Shown piece after piece: positions 19,034 to 28,617 of a stretch of 64,000 nucleotides of DNA (position 1 is its first letter; each line of letters starts with the position of its first letter). The notes below the pieces were generated by a model. The model made no database searches. It saw only the letters and a list, made by a program, of their open reading frames with translations, and was not told the origin of the DNA. Both the position numbers and the translations under genes were made by a program. This DNA is from a virus (Duplodnaviria > Caudoviricetes): positions 1-64,000 of the IMG/VR virus record IMGVR_UViG_3300026177_000194. The stretch is one strand, 5' to 3'.

Positions 19034-19324
19034 ATAGTAATGGTTTAGCACAGTAACGTTATGTAAAGTGTCGTAATAGTAAAGCGAAGTTGCGTGAAGT
19101 TTCGTGAAAGTGAAGTCCAGTAGAGTGCTGTGGAGTAAAAGTAAAGCGGAGTGGAGTGAGGTCCAGTAATGGTAAAGCGGAGTCAACTTTTTGTAACGTA
19201 AAGCTTAGTGATGGTGGAGTGGAGTGGTGTGATGTGATGGTATGGTATCGTGGCGTCTAGTATAGTAATGGTATAGTACAGTAGCGTAATGGTGACGTGG
19301 TGTTTGGTAGCGTCTAGTAATGGT
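19034..19324 (+). repeat. Non-coding pentamer array (NNNGY)n punctuated by hexamers; putative guide RNA
   Basis: Parses without gaps into 45 pentamers and 11 hexamers (291 nt). 55 of 56 units end in GT or GC. Hexamer consensus AATGGT. Confidence 0.9.
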
Positions 19325-19361
19325 ATAAAATTTTTTAATTGTCCTATTAAACAATTATTAT

Positions 19362-19392
19362 AAAAATAACTCTTTTTTAAGGGTTATTTTTT
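19362..19392 (+). terminator. Intrinsic terminator after the array
   Basis: AAAATAACTCT...AGGGTTATTTT stem followed by a T-run. Confidence 0.6.
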
Positions 19393-19459
19393 TGTTTTAT
19401 TGTAACTACTACATATATTAATAAATGAATAAAATTAAACTTTTTGAAAGGAGAACATT

Positions 19460-20017
19460 ATGGAATGCAAATGTGGAAATCCAGAAATAGGTTTTGAGTG
19501 TGTTTGTGATTGGGTTGAAAATCACCCCGGTAATAGAACCTTTTCATGTGAATTTTGCGGTCTTTATAATTCTAGTGAACCACGGTGTAGTAAATGCGAG
19601 GATGTAACAACCAGTAAAAACATTTCTCCAAAATTTTTCGAACGAGATGTTGAGGATGTTATTGAATTTGAAGATTCACAACTAAACGGAGTTTTCAGAG
19701 GAGTATATCATAGAGAAGGAATCAACACCATTTATGATCTTGTTAGTTGTTATGAAGAACAATTTCGAAGGTTTAAAAACGTTGGAAAAAACCGAGCAAA
19801 ACTGATGGTCAAAATGTTAGAATCAAAAGGTTTAAGTTTTGGAATGAGAATACCAAAACCAAAATTTGAGTCAGTAAATAATTTATGCGTTTTACTGGTT
19901 CCAGATGAATATAAAGACATCAAACCTCATGATAGAGCGTTTCAAAAAATATTAACATACAGTGTTAAAAACTTGGATGTGAACTTCTGGATGGATAAAT
20001 CCACCAGCTTCGATTAG
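19460..20017 (+). CDS. Zn-ribbon plus RNA polymerase alpha-CTD-like protein; C-terminus replaced by IS element 2
   Basis: EGINTIYDLVSCYEEQFRRFKNVGKNRAKLMVKMLESKGLSFGM matches the alpha-CTD pattern. The codons after 19978 come from the IS right end. Confidence 0.7.
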   Translation: MECKCGNPEIGFECVCDWVENHPGNRTFSCEFCGLYNSSEPRCSKCEDVTTSKNISPKFFERDVEDVIEFEDSQLNGVFRGVYHREGINTIYDLVSCYEEQFRRFKNVGKNRAKLMVKMLESKGLSFGMRIPKPKFESVNNLCVLLVPDEYKDIKPHDRAFQKILTYSVKNLDVNFWMDKSTSFD

Positions 20018-20022
20018 ATTTG

Positions 20023-21075
20023 TTAGGTCCTAATCTGGGCTAGATTCACTGGTAGCCCATTGAGATTTCTATAGAATTTCTCAATGTTTCTTGACCCGTT
20101 TAAATCTGCGTTAAGTTGGAAATTACAATCATTGCAAATAAAAGTTTCTTGTTTTGGTCTAGAAGTGTTTAAACTTCCACATTTGGAACAAGTTTTACTG
20201 GTATATGCAGGATTGATAAATTCAACTTTTATGCCAAGATTTAAACATTTATACTTCAAGAAATTTTGGAACATACTGTAAGGGAATGAATTAATTATAT
20301 AATTTATCATTTTACCTTTGGAAGTTCCATTCTTTCTCGAAGCTGATTTTCTCAAATTTTTAAGATTTTCTAGGACTAGAACCTCTACTCCTTGAGTAGA
20401 AAGATCTTTGGAAATCTGAGTTGTCAACTTATGAAGATAATCTTTTGAATAATTTGTTAAATTTCTTTTTTTTTGATTATTTTTCTTATGCTCAATTTTA
20501 CGATGAGCTAATTGTTTAATCATTTTAAAGGAATTATCTGATAAAACCATTCGTTTATAATTCACATCACAACCAATAATATTTGAAGGATTTTGTATGG
20601 TTATATCAGGGATTTCTTCTACATAAGTTAGTTTACAGTACAGTTTGTTGTTTCTTTTAAAAATTTGAACTAATTTAACTTTTGTTGGATCTTGAATTTT
20701 ATTTAAAGAAAATTTTCCTAGCAGCGGAAAATTCTTTTTACAAAATCTCAGCCAATAATTAGTTAATTTTAATTTATTAATTTGAATATTTTGTCCCTGA
20801 TCAATAAAAATACTTGATCTAACTTTATTCTTTGGAAGTTTTCTTCCTGATTTTGGTTGATATAATGAAATAAAATTTTGAAGGATTTTTGAATTAATTA
20901 GTGGAAAATTTTGTCTGCAAATATAATATAATTGTTTTTGATTAAACCAAGAATTTTTACCTTGGTTAAACACAAACAACGACAACTTGTCAATTTCATT
21001 TAATATATCTTCAAGAAATTTAATTTTAGATTTATTTCCTGAAATTAAACAAGTGTAAGATTTTACAGATTTCAA
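20023..21075 (-). CDS. tnpB: RNA-guided endonuclease TnpB (350 aa), RuvC motifs intact
   Basis: IGCDVN, VLENL, CSKCG..CNDC, NADLNGSRNI; related to the TnpB of element 1. Confidence 0.9.
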   Translation of the reverse strand: MKSVKSYTCLISGNKSKIKFLEDILNEIDKLSLFVFNQGKNSWFNQKQLYYICRQNFPLINSKILQNFISLYQPKSGRKLPKNKVRSSIFIDQGQNIQINKLKLTNYWLRFCKKNFPLLGKFSLNKIQDPTKVKLVQIFKRNNKLYCKLTYVEEIPDITIQNPSNIIGCDVNYKRMVLSDNSFKMIKQLAHRKIEHKKNNQKKRNLTNYSKDYLHKLTTQISKDLSTQGVEVLVLENLKNLRKSASRKNGTSKGKMINYIINSFPYSMFQNFLKYKCLNLGIKVEFINPAYTSKTCSKCGSLNTSRPKQETFICNDCNFQLNADLNGSRNIEKFYRNLNGLPVNLAQIRT

Positions 21076-21077
21076 TT

Positions 21078-21488
21078 TTATTTTCCTTTTTGATTTTCAA
21101 TATATTTTTTAACAACTTCTAAACTAACAGACCCGACAGAAGAAATAAAACATGATCTTGTCCATAAAGTTGGCATTTTCTTTAAAAATAAAAATTCTTT
21201 TCTTAAAATATTTGAAGTTATTCCTTTTAATTTATGAATAACTGTCATAATTCCAAAAGAAGGATCACAAGAAATAATCATATGAACATGATCTGACATA
21301 ACTTCTAAATCATTTATTTCAAAATTATATTTAGTTGAAATTTCTTTAAAAAGTTCTTTTAATCTAGTTTCAACATTTCCTGTTAAACATTTTCTTCTAT
21401 ATTTTGGACAAAATATTACATGGTAATAACATGAATAAACTAAATGAGAATTAGATTTATATGTTTTAATAGGATCTTTAATTTCCAT
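21078..21488 (-). CDS. tnpA: IS200/IS605 Y1 transposase
   Basis: HVIFCPKYRR, HVH, LWTRS, YIENQ. Confidence 0.95.
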   Translation of the reverse strand: MEIKDPIKTYKSNSHLVYSCYYHVIFCPKYRRKCLTGNVETRLKELFKEISTKYNFEINDLEVMSDHVHMIISCDPSFGIMTVIHKLKGITSNILRKEFLFLKKMPTLWTRSCFISSVGSVSLEVVKKYIENQKGK

Positions 21489-21570
21489 AATATAGACCTT
21501 TCAAATCTTAATTTATAATTTGTTCTGGAAATTTTAGAAATCAGAATTTTTTAAATGAACATTCATCCGG

Positions 21571-23169
21571 ATGGTTAAAACCACCGGCTTTCTGTTCATA
21601 ACTTGTGTAAGAAAACGTGAACAAACAATGGTAGAAACAATTGGTGAAGATTGGAGTAAGATAAATAATGAAAAATCAAAACGAGCGATGTTAGAAAAGT
21701 ATGGAGTTGAACATGCAACACAAGTCCCTGAGTTTGTTGAAAAAGCTAATCTTACCAAATCAAAAAGAACAGATCAAGAAAAATTGGAATCAAGTAGAAA
21801 AACAAAAGAAACAAAACTTAAAAATAATGGAGATCCAAATTTCAATAATGTAGAGAAAAGAAGAAAAACAACATTTAAAAAAAGAGGTGTAAAACATCAT
21901 TTTCAAGATCCTGAAGTAATTAAAGTTAGACAAGAAAATAATTTAAAAAAATGGGGATATAAAGAAACCTTAAGCGTTCCTATCATTCGAGAAAAGATTA
22001 AACAAACAAATTTTATTAATACTGGGGTATTTTACCCAACTCAAAACCCAAAGACTATAGATATTAGAAATAAAAATTCATTGGAAAAACTAGGTGTTAT
22101 ACATCATATGAAACTAGATTCTTTTAAACTAGAATTTAGTGAAAGAGAGTTAAAAAAATTTACAAATGGAAAGTTTGTTGAGTTGCAAAAAGAATATGGA
22201 GTTGAATTTCAGGATGAAATATATCTTGGCGCTAAATTTGAGCATAATTTTAAATGTTTAAAATGTCAAAATATATTCAAAAAAACTTGGTTTCAAATTA
22301 GATCTTGTGGATACAAATGTGAACAGTGTTATCCTCGAAGAAGTGGGAGTTCCGTTCCTGAACTATTAATTAAAGAATTTATTGAATCTTTAGGATTTGA
22401 TGTAATTTTAAATAGCAGAAAAATTATATCCCCAAATGAATTAGATATTTATATTCCTTCAGAAAAAATTGCTTTTGAATATAATGGTTTATATTTTCAT
22501 TCTTTTCATTATTTAAAAGATATTCGAAAAATCAAAACACCAGAATTATATCATTTTAATAAGGTAGTTGATTGTCAAAAAAATGGAATTAAGTTAATAC
22601 ACATTTTTGAAGATGAATATTTATCTAATAAAAAATTAATTGAAAACAAAATTAAAACAATATTAAATAAATCTAATTCTAAAAAAATAGATATTGATGT
22701 TTTAAAAATAAAGGAGGTTATAAATTTATCAGAAAAAGAAAATTTCATAAAAGAGTATCACTATGAAAACAATATTAGTAGTATAGACATAGGAGCATAT
22801 AATTTAGATTTATCTTTATTATCGTTAATATCTTTTTATGAAATAGAAGAAGGGGAATGGATTTTAAATAATATTTGCACAAACTATAACTATTCGATTA
22901 ATCAAATTGAGAAATATTTATTTTGCTATTTTATTCTAAATTACCCTTGGAAAAAAATAATTGTGTATGATGACAGAAGATGGATTGATAAAAATATTTT
23001 AAATGAATTAGGTTTTAAAAAAGAAAATGATGATATAGAAATTGGATGTTGGTTTTTAAAAAATGGAAAAAGATTAAATAAGTTTGAATTTGTGTTTGAT
23101 GAAGAATTAGATGTAATTTGGGATTGTGGATCAGAAAAACTAATATTAAAAAATGAGGAGAAAATTTAA
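21571..23169 (+). CDS. Putative homing endonuclease (KYGV-type repeats + Hef-like PD-(D/E)XK + GNAT/Mom-like tail); 5' end lies in the IS left end
   Basis: EKYGVEHATQ repeats; CLKC/CEQC; ELDIYIPSEKIAFEYNGLYFHS; GIKLIHIFEDE. Confidence 0.7.
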   Translation: MVKTTGFLFITCVRKREQTMVETIGEDWSKINNEKSKRAMLEKYGVEHATQVPEFVEKANLTKSKRTDQEKLESSRKTKETKLKNNGDPNFNNVEKRRKTTFKKRGVKHHFQDPEVIKVRQENNLKKWGYKETLSVPIIREKIKQTNFINTGVFYPTQNPKTIDIRNKNSLEKLGVIHHMKLDSFKLEFSERELKKFTNGKFVELQKEYGVEFQDEIYLGAKFEHNFKCLKCQNIFKKTWFQIRSCGYKCEQCYPRRSGSSVPELLIKEFIESLGFDVILNSRKIISPNELDIYIPSEKIAFEYNGLYFHSFHYLKDIRKIKTPELYHFNKVVDCQKNGIKLIHIFEDEYLSNKKLIENKIKTILNKSNSKKIDIDVLKIKEVINLSEKENFIKEYHYENNISSIDIGAYNLDLSLLSLISFYEIEEGEWILNNICTNYNYSINQIEKYLFCYFILNYPWKKIIVYDDRRWIDKNILNELGFKKENDDIEIGCWFLKNGKRLNKFEFVFDEELDVIWDCGSEKLILKNEEKI

Positions 23170-23650
23170 CATGTCAATTTATAAGTCAAAACATAATGTT
23201 GGAGATGTAGAATTTGTTGAATGCCCATATTGTGAAAAAAGTGAAACCAATAGATTTAAAATGTTGCATCATAAACATTTAGCTGGTCATAATAAAACAC
23301 TAGAAGATGTTTTAAAAGAGTTTCCTGGATTGATTACGATGACTTTGGCAGAAAAAAATAAAAAAATAAATGCAACAAAATTAGCAACAGAAAAATTTAT
23401 TAATAATATTCAGAATGGAAATACAAAAGAATCCAAATGTTGGTATAATGATGATCAGAATTGTTCACATGAAATTAGAATTGTTGAAATTTATGAACCT
23501 AATCATTTTCTATGTAAAAAATGTGAAAGTTTAGGTAAAAAATCAAAAGATAAAAGAACTTTTGAAGAAACAAAAGAAAAAAGAATAGTTACGTTTAATG
23601 AAAGATATGGTGTTGATAATGCTAAACAAGTTCATTTAAAAAATAAATAA
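23153..23650 (+). CDS. Zn-finger protein with a KYGV-type repeat
   Basis: VECPYC...HKHLAGH; ERYGVDNAKQ. Confidence 0.55.
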   Translation: MRRKFNMSIYKSKHNVGDVEFVECPYCEKSETNRFKMLHHKHLAGHNKTLEDVLKEFPGLITMTLAEKNKKINATKLATEKFINNIQNGNTKESKCWYNDDQNCSHEIRIVEIYEPNHFLCKKCESLGKKSKDKRTFEETKEKRIVTFNERYGVDNAKQVHLKNK

Positions 23651-23663
23651 TTTAATTTTAACG

Positions 23664-23708
23664 GAAAATAGGACTCAGAAAGATTTCTCAATCTGAGTCC
23701 TATTTTTT
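23664..23708. terminator. Bidirectional terminator between convergent genes
   Basis: AAAATAGGACTCAGA / TCTGAGTCCTATTTT. Confidence 0.75.
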
Positions 23709-23734
23709 TGTTTAAATGTTAACCTTAATTAATA

Positions 23735-25186
23735 TTAAGCACCAATAGTTAAAGCAGCTATTCCGTTTGACCTAACCAAAGCACTAGCATATCTCGAAAG
23801 AATTGTTAGGCTTGGGGTAGTTGTTAACGGATAGGGGTGTAAAATCGCAGGAACGTAGGGGGAATAGAAGAAAATGCTGCGCAACTCATCTCCCCCTTTG
23901 TACACTAACAACATTGTACCCTGAGTTACGACTGCACTTGTCAAAATTCTCCACTTTCCACCTGCGACTGTAGCGGTACGATACCCAACATCTCCATCTG
24001 CGCTGGAGGTGCCAGTATAGGCGAACCCATTTAGATCTTCAAGAATCGCTACATCAAGTGGGTTAGCGAGAATCGTATTAGCTGAGTCAATATTAGTATC
24101 AGTATAAACCTGAGCTGAGAGCTGGTTTAGAACTGGAATAATATTTTCATGCCAATACTTATTTCCCCAAGTATAGGTTACAGGTGCTGTTCTATTGAAG
24201 GATCCAGTATGAGTGGAAGCATTCAACCGAGTATTTGCGGTTAGAAGCGCATTCACAATTTCTCTATCAATATCAAGAGCAATCTGCTGACCTAATAGAT
24301 TAACAATTTCAGCCTGCATAGAAACATCAAATAGAGCACGCATATCCTGTTCCATGTTAATGGTCCAATTTGCCTGAATCTGACGATCTTTAGCATACAG
24401 TCTGACTTTATCAACATTGATCTTAATTGTTGGGTTAACTCTGTTTTCTTCCAAAGAACATGTTACCTGATAACGAACTTCAGTAACAACGCCAGTGGCA
24501 GAAGAAACTGCAACAGTACCATTTAGATAATCAACTTTTCCGGAGATAACATCCGTAGATGCGCCAATCGTCACTGAAGAAGAAAAATGTCCTTCTACAG
24601 CTGGAACAATAGAAACATCTGTAAATGCTGTTCCATCAATAGACACAGCCGTGATCTGGAAATCTCTTTCAAGATGTGCCTGAGTGGAAGTTAGAGACAT
24701 AGCGGCAAGAACATCATATGCAGAACTAGGAACTGCAATAGTTGCCGCAACAGGAGTTCCAATAGAAGGACCACCAGAAATATCAGTTCCTGTAACTGGA
24801 GCAGAATATTCAGTGGAATCATTAGCTGGTGTGAAAGTAGCCGTAATGAAAGCTTTCACACATTCAGGCTTATCCATTGGACTAACAGTAACTGCCTCTT
24901 TAGCAATTAGTTTGGGATAAAAAATTCTGAGTATGGGTAACGTGAGCGATTCATAGGGGTTCACTTGGAACATAGAATTCTCTAAAAGATTTACCCGGGT
25001 GTTTTCTGCAAGGATAGAGAAATTTTCTTTATCCTTCTTGTTTTCAATTGACTCTGCAAGACTGGCAACATAGACTCCAAAAGCTTTATCATCAGTTAAA
25101 ATCTGTTTTAAGTTACCTGGTTTTGAAGGGTCAACACCGGTCATTTTCTTAGTCGTCCGGTAAGACTCAACTAACATTTCCTTCAT
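23735..25186 (-). CDS. Major capsid protein, T4 gp23-like
   Basis: LPILRIFYPKLIAKEAVTVSPMDKP, QIQANWTINMEQDM, QQIALDIDREIV, FFYSPYVP, SRYA. Confidence 0.9.
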   Translation of the reverse strand: MKEMLVESYRTTKKMTGVDPSKPGNLKQILTDDKAFGVYVASLAESIENKKDKENFSILAENTRVNLLENSMFQVNPYESLTLPILRIFYPKLIAKEAVTVSPMDKPECVKAFITATFTPANDSTEYSAPVTGTDISGGPSIGTPVAATIAVPSSAYDVLAAMSLTSTQAHLERDFQITAVSIDGTAFTDVSIVPAVEGHFSSSVTIGASTDVISGKVDYLNGTVAVSSATGVVTEVRYQVTCSLEENRVNPTIKINVDKVRLYAKDRQIQANWTINMEQDMRALFDVSMQAEIVNLLGQQIALDIDREIVNALLTANTRLNASTHTGSFNRTAPVTYTWGNKYWHENIIPVLNQLSAQVYTDTNIDSANTILANPLDVAILEDLNGFAYTGTSSADGDVGYRTATVAGGKWRILTSAVVTQGTMLLVYKGGDELRSIFFYSPYVPAILHPYPLTTTPSLTILSRYASALVRSNGIAALTIGA

Positions 25187-25368
25187 TTTTTAATTTTCCT
25201 CCTGTAGTAGTTTTTAGTTTTTAGACCATAATAAATCATCGGTTAAGTAGGTATAAGTATTTGTTGTTTGTTCTTAACTAAAAACAAGATCGGTTTTAAA
25301 CTTACTACAGAAGGTTGATAAGTTTGTTTCTTTAGATTATTCAGTTTGTTTCTGATTTAAGTGGATCA

Positions 25369-25414
25369 AACTCCTAGATAGAACTAAATTACAAAAAGGT
25401 TCTATCTAGGAGTT
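25369..25414. terminator. 16-bp perfect-stem hairpin upstream of the capsid gene promoter
   Basis: AACTCCTAGATAGAAC / GTTCTATCTAGGAGTT with a 14-nt loop. Confidence 0.6.
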
Positions 25415-25418
25415 CAAA

Positions 25419-25844
25419 TTATGTTTTAGCAAACTTCTGACTAACTAACCTCATTACTTCATTAAGATACGAGGTAATTTTTTCTTCTTCCATATTTTCA
25501 AACGACTTCAACATAACAGACATTTCATTTTTCATGGATTCTTGTATAAGACCAGTTTGAATAAGTTTTCCCATTTTTCTTATCAACTGACTTTCTTTAT
25601 CTTTTTTTGAAAAAATTTTTAATAAATTTTCTAATTCGATTTTATTATTTTTAATTTTTTCTTTTTTCTCAGATAAAGATTTTTTTAAGTCTTTAATTTC
25701 TCTTATTTTTTTGTTGTAATCCTGACTGAAAATTGGGTTTATGTAATTAATTATTTCGTTAGCTAATTCTATTTTAGATTCGTTTAAGTTCGTTAGATGA
25801 AAATCATTAATATCAGTTTCTATTATTCTCATTTTGTCGTCCAA
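25419..25844 (-). CDS. Coiled-coil hypothetical protein (head region)
   Basis: Located in the head cluster. Confidence 0.6.
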   Translation of the reverse strand: MDDKMRIIETDINDFHLTNLNESKIELANEIINYINPIFSQDYNKKIREIKDLKKSLSEKKEKIKNNKIELENLLKIFSKKDKESQLIRKMGKLIQTGLIQESMKNEMSVMLKSFENMEEEKITSYLNEVMRLVSQKFAKT

Positions 25845-25878
25845 TCTTTTTTATTTTTCAATATATCTAAAAATTTAG

Positions 25879-26370
25879 CTATTGAGTTTCTCGTAGTTTC
25901 TTTTCAAATTTGACAATAATTGATCTTATATATTCTAATTGTTTATTTGTTTTTTTAATACATTTTTCAGGATTTTTCTGCTTTTTACAAAAAGATATTT
26001 TTATTGCATTAGTTTTACTTATTAAAGCTTTAGAAAACTCTATTCTACACTTATAATAAGCTCTCTTTCTTTTCAAATCATCTTTTATATGTGCTGTCTT
26101 TTTTTTACAACTACGTAAACCTGTTAGTAAAGAAAGATCAATTTTTTCTCCAATTTTACCGCCAACATATCCTCCTGCGACAACCCAACCGGCCATAGCC
26201 CCACCAAGAATAATCGCACTGATTGGATCAATAAATTCAGTTAAAATTTGTTCTGCTCTCTCATCGCTAATTTTATCAACCTTTTCAGACATTTTCAAAA
26301 ATCGATCTACATCAATCTTGTCATTAACAAAACTTTCTGTAATAATTTCATGCAATTTTTCTTTACTCAT
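25879..26370 (-). CDS. Putative internal head protein with a CxxxxNPxKC domain
   Basis: Gly/Ala hydrophobic segment, then RAYYKCR...FCKKQKNPEKC; paralogous to 26706 and 32698. Confidence 0.55.
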   Translation of the reverse strand: MSKEKLHEIITESFVNDKIDVDRFLKMSEKVDKISDERAEQILTEFIDPISAIILGGAMAGWVVAGGYVGGKIGEKIDLSLLTGLRSCKKKTAHIKDDLKRKRAYYKCRIEFSKALISKTNAIKISFCKKQKNPEKCIKKTNKQLEYIRSIIVKFEKKLRETQ

Positions 26371-26687
26371 TTTATTTCTCCTCCTGGATGTAATATTTCT
26401 AACAATTTATTTCTAACAACATTATTATCTTCAATTAGCATTGTTATTTTACCGGTTAAATCTTCTTTCATACTAATTGACTTTTCTAATAACATATTTA
26501 GTCTTTCATCTTTAGTAATTAATGTATTTCTATATTTTTCTAATTCACTAATTTTTTTATTCTTTTTTGAATACAATGAATTATTTTTAGATATGGTTAT
26601 TACTTCCTGTATAAGTCTATTACAAAAATCTTCTTTGTTTTTAAATTTGTATATAGATGGAAGTGATTCTAATTGAGTGATTTTCAC
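26367..26687 (-). CDS. Hypothetical protein (head region)
   Basis: Co-oriented; overlaps the next gene. Confidence 0.55.
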   Translation of the reverse strand: MKITQLESLPSIYKFKNKEDFCNRLIQEVITISKNNSLYSKKNKKISELEKYRNTLITKDERLNMLLEKSISMKEDLTGKITMLIEDNNVVRNKLLEILHPGGEIK

Positions 26688-26705
26688 GTTAATAATCCTT
26701 TCTAT

Positions 26706-27278
26706 TTATCCTACTTGTACTTTAGCTTTCTTTTCTTGTTTTTGAGCTTCGATATACTTCTTTGAGATTTTATTTAACTTTTCTTGATACAAAGGAATTA
26801 ACTGCATATATCTAACTTTACATTTTTGAGGATCAACAGAATCTTTACATTTTCCAATTGATGCTCTTAAAAGAGCTATTATTTTTTTACAAGTTTCTAT
26901 ATCACATCTATCTTTACAAACTCTTCTATCTCCGGTTCCAATTTCAAAATTAGAACAATTTTGTTCATAACAATTTTTTCTAAAGATTTCACCTTGTTTT
27001 AAAATTTTACTTGTCCAGACAATATAATTGAAATAAGCTTTTGGGTTCTTTTGATGTTGGGTGTATTGATCCTGTTCTTTATTTTGATTTGGATTCATAT
27101 TCTTTTTTGCTACCTGTTTCTTTTTTATTACTTGAGGAGGAACAGGATTGTTTGGAACCTTAGGAACCCTTGTTTGTTTTTGATAAGTTGGTCTCCCAGC
27201 TTGAGGACTCTGAACCGGCGTCTTAGGGGCTACACCATATTGTTCATTTAAAAAGTGGAGGTAAGAAGTTAGTTTCAT
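26706..27278 (-). CDS. Putative internal head protein with a CxxxxDPxKC domain
   Basis: MKLTSYLHFLNE N-terminus; CKDSVDPQKC. Confidence 0.55.
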   Translation of the reverse strand: MKLTSYLHFLNEQYGVAPKTPVQSPQAGRPTYQKQTRVPKVPNNPVPPQVIKKKQVAKKNMNPNQNKEQDQYTQHQKNPKAYFNYIVWTSKILKQGEIFRKNCYEQNCSNFEIGTGDRRVCKDRCDIETCKKIIALLRASIGKCKDSVDPQKCKVRYMQLIPLYQEKLNKISKKYIEAQKQEKKAKVQVG

Positions 27279-27311
27279 TTTTAATTATCCTAAGTCTTAA
27301 ACTTGTCAACT

Positions 27312-27884
27312 TTATTTTTCAACTTTTATATTTACATCACCAGGTACAAAATATGCAAAATCTTTAGTTTTTTTATAGTAGGTATATTTTCCATTTAAGT
27401 ATACACCATTTTTAAAAGTATATCTGATAACGTTTTCATTTTCTTTATCAGCAATTCCTGTAAAGATTACTTTTCTATGTGGAGTGATATAATTCACGTA
27501 TATACCTGGTCCATCCGGTTTTCCTTTTAAAATCATCACAGATGATACATCAATATTTCTTTTTGGTAAATCATAAAAACTAGTTATATCCCATTTTGGA
27601 AAGAATTTTTTGTTTAATGGAGATAAATACATAGCTCTATTTCTTTTTATCATTTCTTCTGGTTCTGGTAAATTATTTCTTTCATAATCAACAACAACAA
27701 ACATTTGATGATCATTTTTTGTTTTTAAAATCAAACCAACAAGAGAAGCAACTGAATGTTTTGTGGCATCTTCAAATCTTTCACCAATGAATAAATATGC
27801 TCTTCCTTCTCCAGTTATGTTTTTAATTCCATCTGAATTATTGAATCCAAATAATTCATTTAAATAAATATTTGTTTTTTTCAT
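27312..27884 (-). CDS. Hypothetical protein (head region)
   Basis: N-terminal YLNE motif. Confidence 0.55.
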   Translation of the reverse strand: MKKTNIYLNELFGFNNSDGIKNITGEGRAYLFIGERFEDATKHSVASLVGLILKTKNDHQMFVVVDYERNNLPEPEEMIKRNRAMYLSPLNKKFFPKWDITSFYDLPKRNIDVSSVMILKGKPDGPGIYVNYITPHRKVIFTGIADKENENVIRYTFKNGVYLNGKYTYYKKTKDFAYFVPGDVNIKVEK

Positions 27885-27887
27885 GTT

Positions 27888-28568
27888 TTAAACCCACCTA
27901 TCAAAGAACTTTATAACTTTGCTTTCGATTAGTTTATCAAAATAATCTGGAAGATAACAAACTCCACCGCAACAAATTAATCCACCTTTTTCACATACAC
28001 TAGATGATTCTGTTAACATAATGTTCTTGGACTCGAACTTCATTTCTTTAAAATTTACAATCGCCTGTTTGTGACTGGGACTTGAAACCAGGTCAAATGT
28101 AATAATATAAAGTGGTGATTGAACAACATTAATGTTATTTTCTTTACGAAGTTCTGCCATCCCCCGCATGGAAGCCCCGAGTACACACTTATCAGTTAAC
28201 ATTCCTAAAAGATCTCTACCTTTAGAAGTTGATGCAGTTTCACATTCACCCACTAATAAATTTCCTCTAAATTCATAATCAGTAATATATCCACAAACTT
28301 CTTTTAAAAGAACAGTAGTTTGTCTCATACCATCATATGCATCATTCCCCTGAACTAAAGGATGATCCATTTCAAATGGGAGTTTCTTATCAATTCTTTC
28401 TTTAGCATCACTCATTGCGTCGGATAATACTTTTTTAGGATACATTCTTTTATTTTGATTTACTTCATCACAAGTTTGTAGAACCATTCTATAAATAGCT
28501 TTATTAGGTTTTGATTTTATAATCTCAGCTTCTTGTAGAATTGGTGATTCCATAATAAAGTTCTGCAT
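27888..28568 (-). CDS. Prohead core protease, T4 gp21-like
   Basis: NQNKRMYP, EMDHP (His), GASMRGMA (Ser), ITFDLVSSPSH. Confidence 0.9.
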   Translation of the reverse strand: MQNFIMESPILQEAEIIKSKPNKAIYRMVLQTCDEVNQNKRMYPKKVLSDAMSDAKERIDKKLPFEMDHPLVQGNDAYDGMRQTTVLLKEVCGYITDYEFRGNLLVGECETASTSKGRDLLGMLTDKCVLGASMRGMAELRKENNINVVQSPLYIITFDLVSSPSHKQAIVNFKEMKFESKNIMLTESSSVCEKGGLICCGGVCYLPDYFDKLIESKVIKFFDRWV

Positions 28569-28617
28569 TGTTATTTTAATTCCTCCGAATCATAATATAA
28601 TCTATTTATAATTTGTT

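Larger units (their letters stand above)
19979..21606 (-). mobile_element. IS200/IS605 element 2 (tnpA + tnpB)
   Basis: Left end TTAC|15 nt-AAAG-CCGGTGGT-TTTA-ACCATCCGG (IS608 geometry). Right end GAAG-hairpin-AAGT-TCAC. Confidence 0.85.

Noticed and set aside
19034-19324. Array as a CRISPR array or a coding microsatellite
   Set aside because: No identical 20-40 nt repeats with unique spacers, no cas1/cas2, no ORF in the track, and the units vary too much for a simple slippage repeat.
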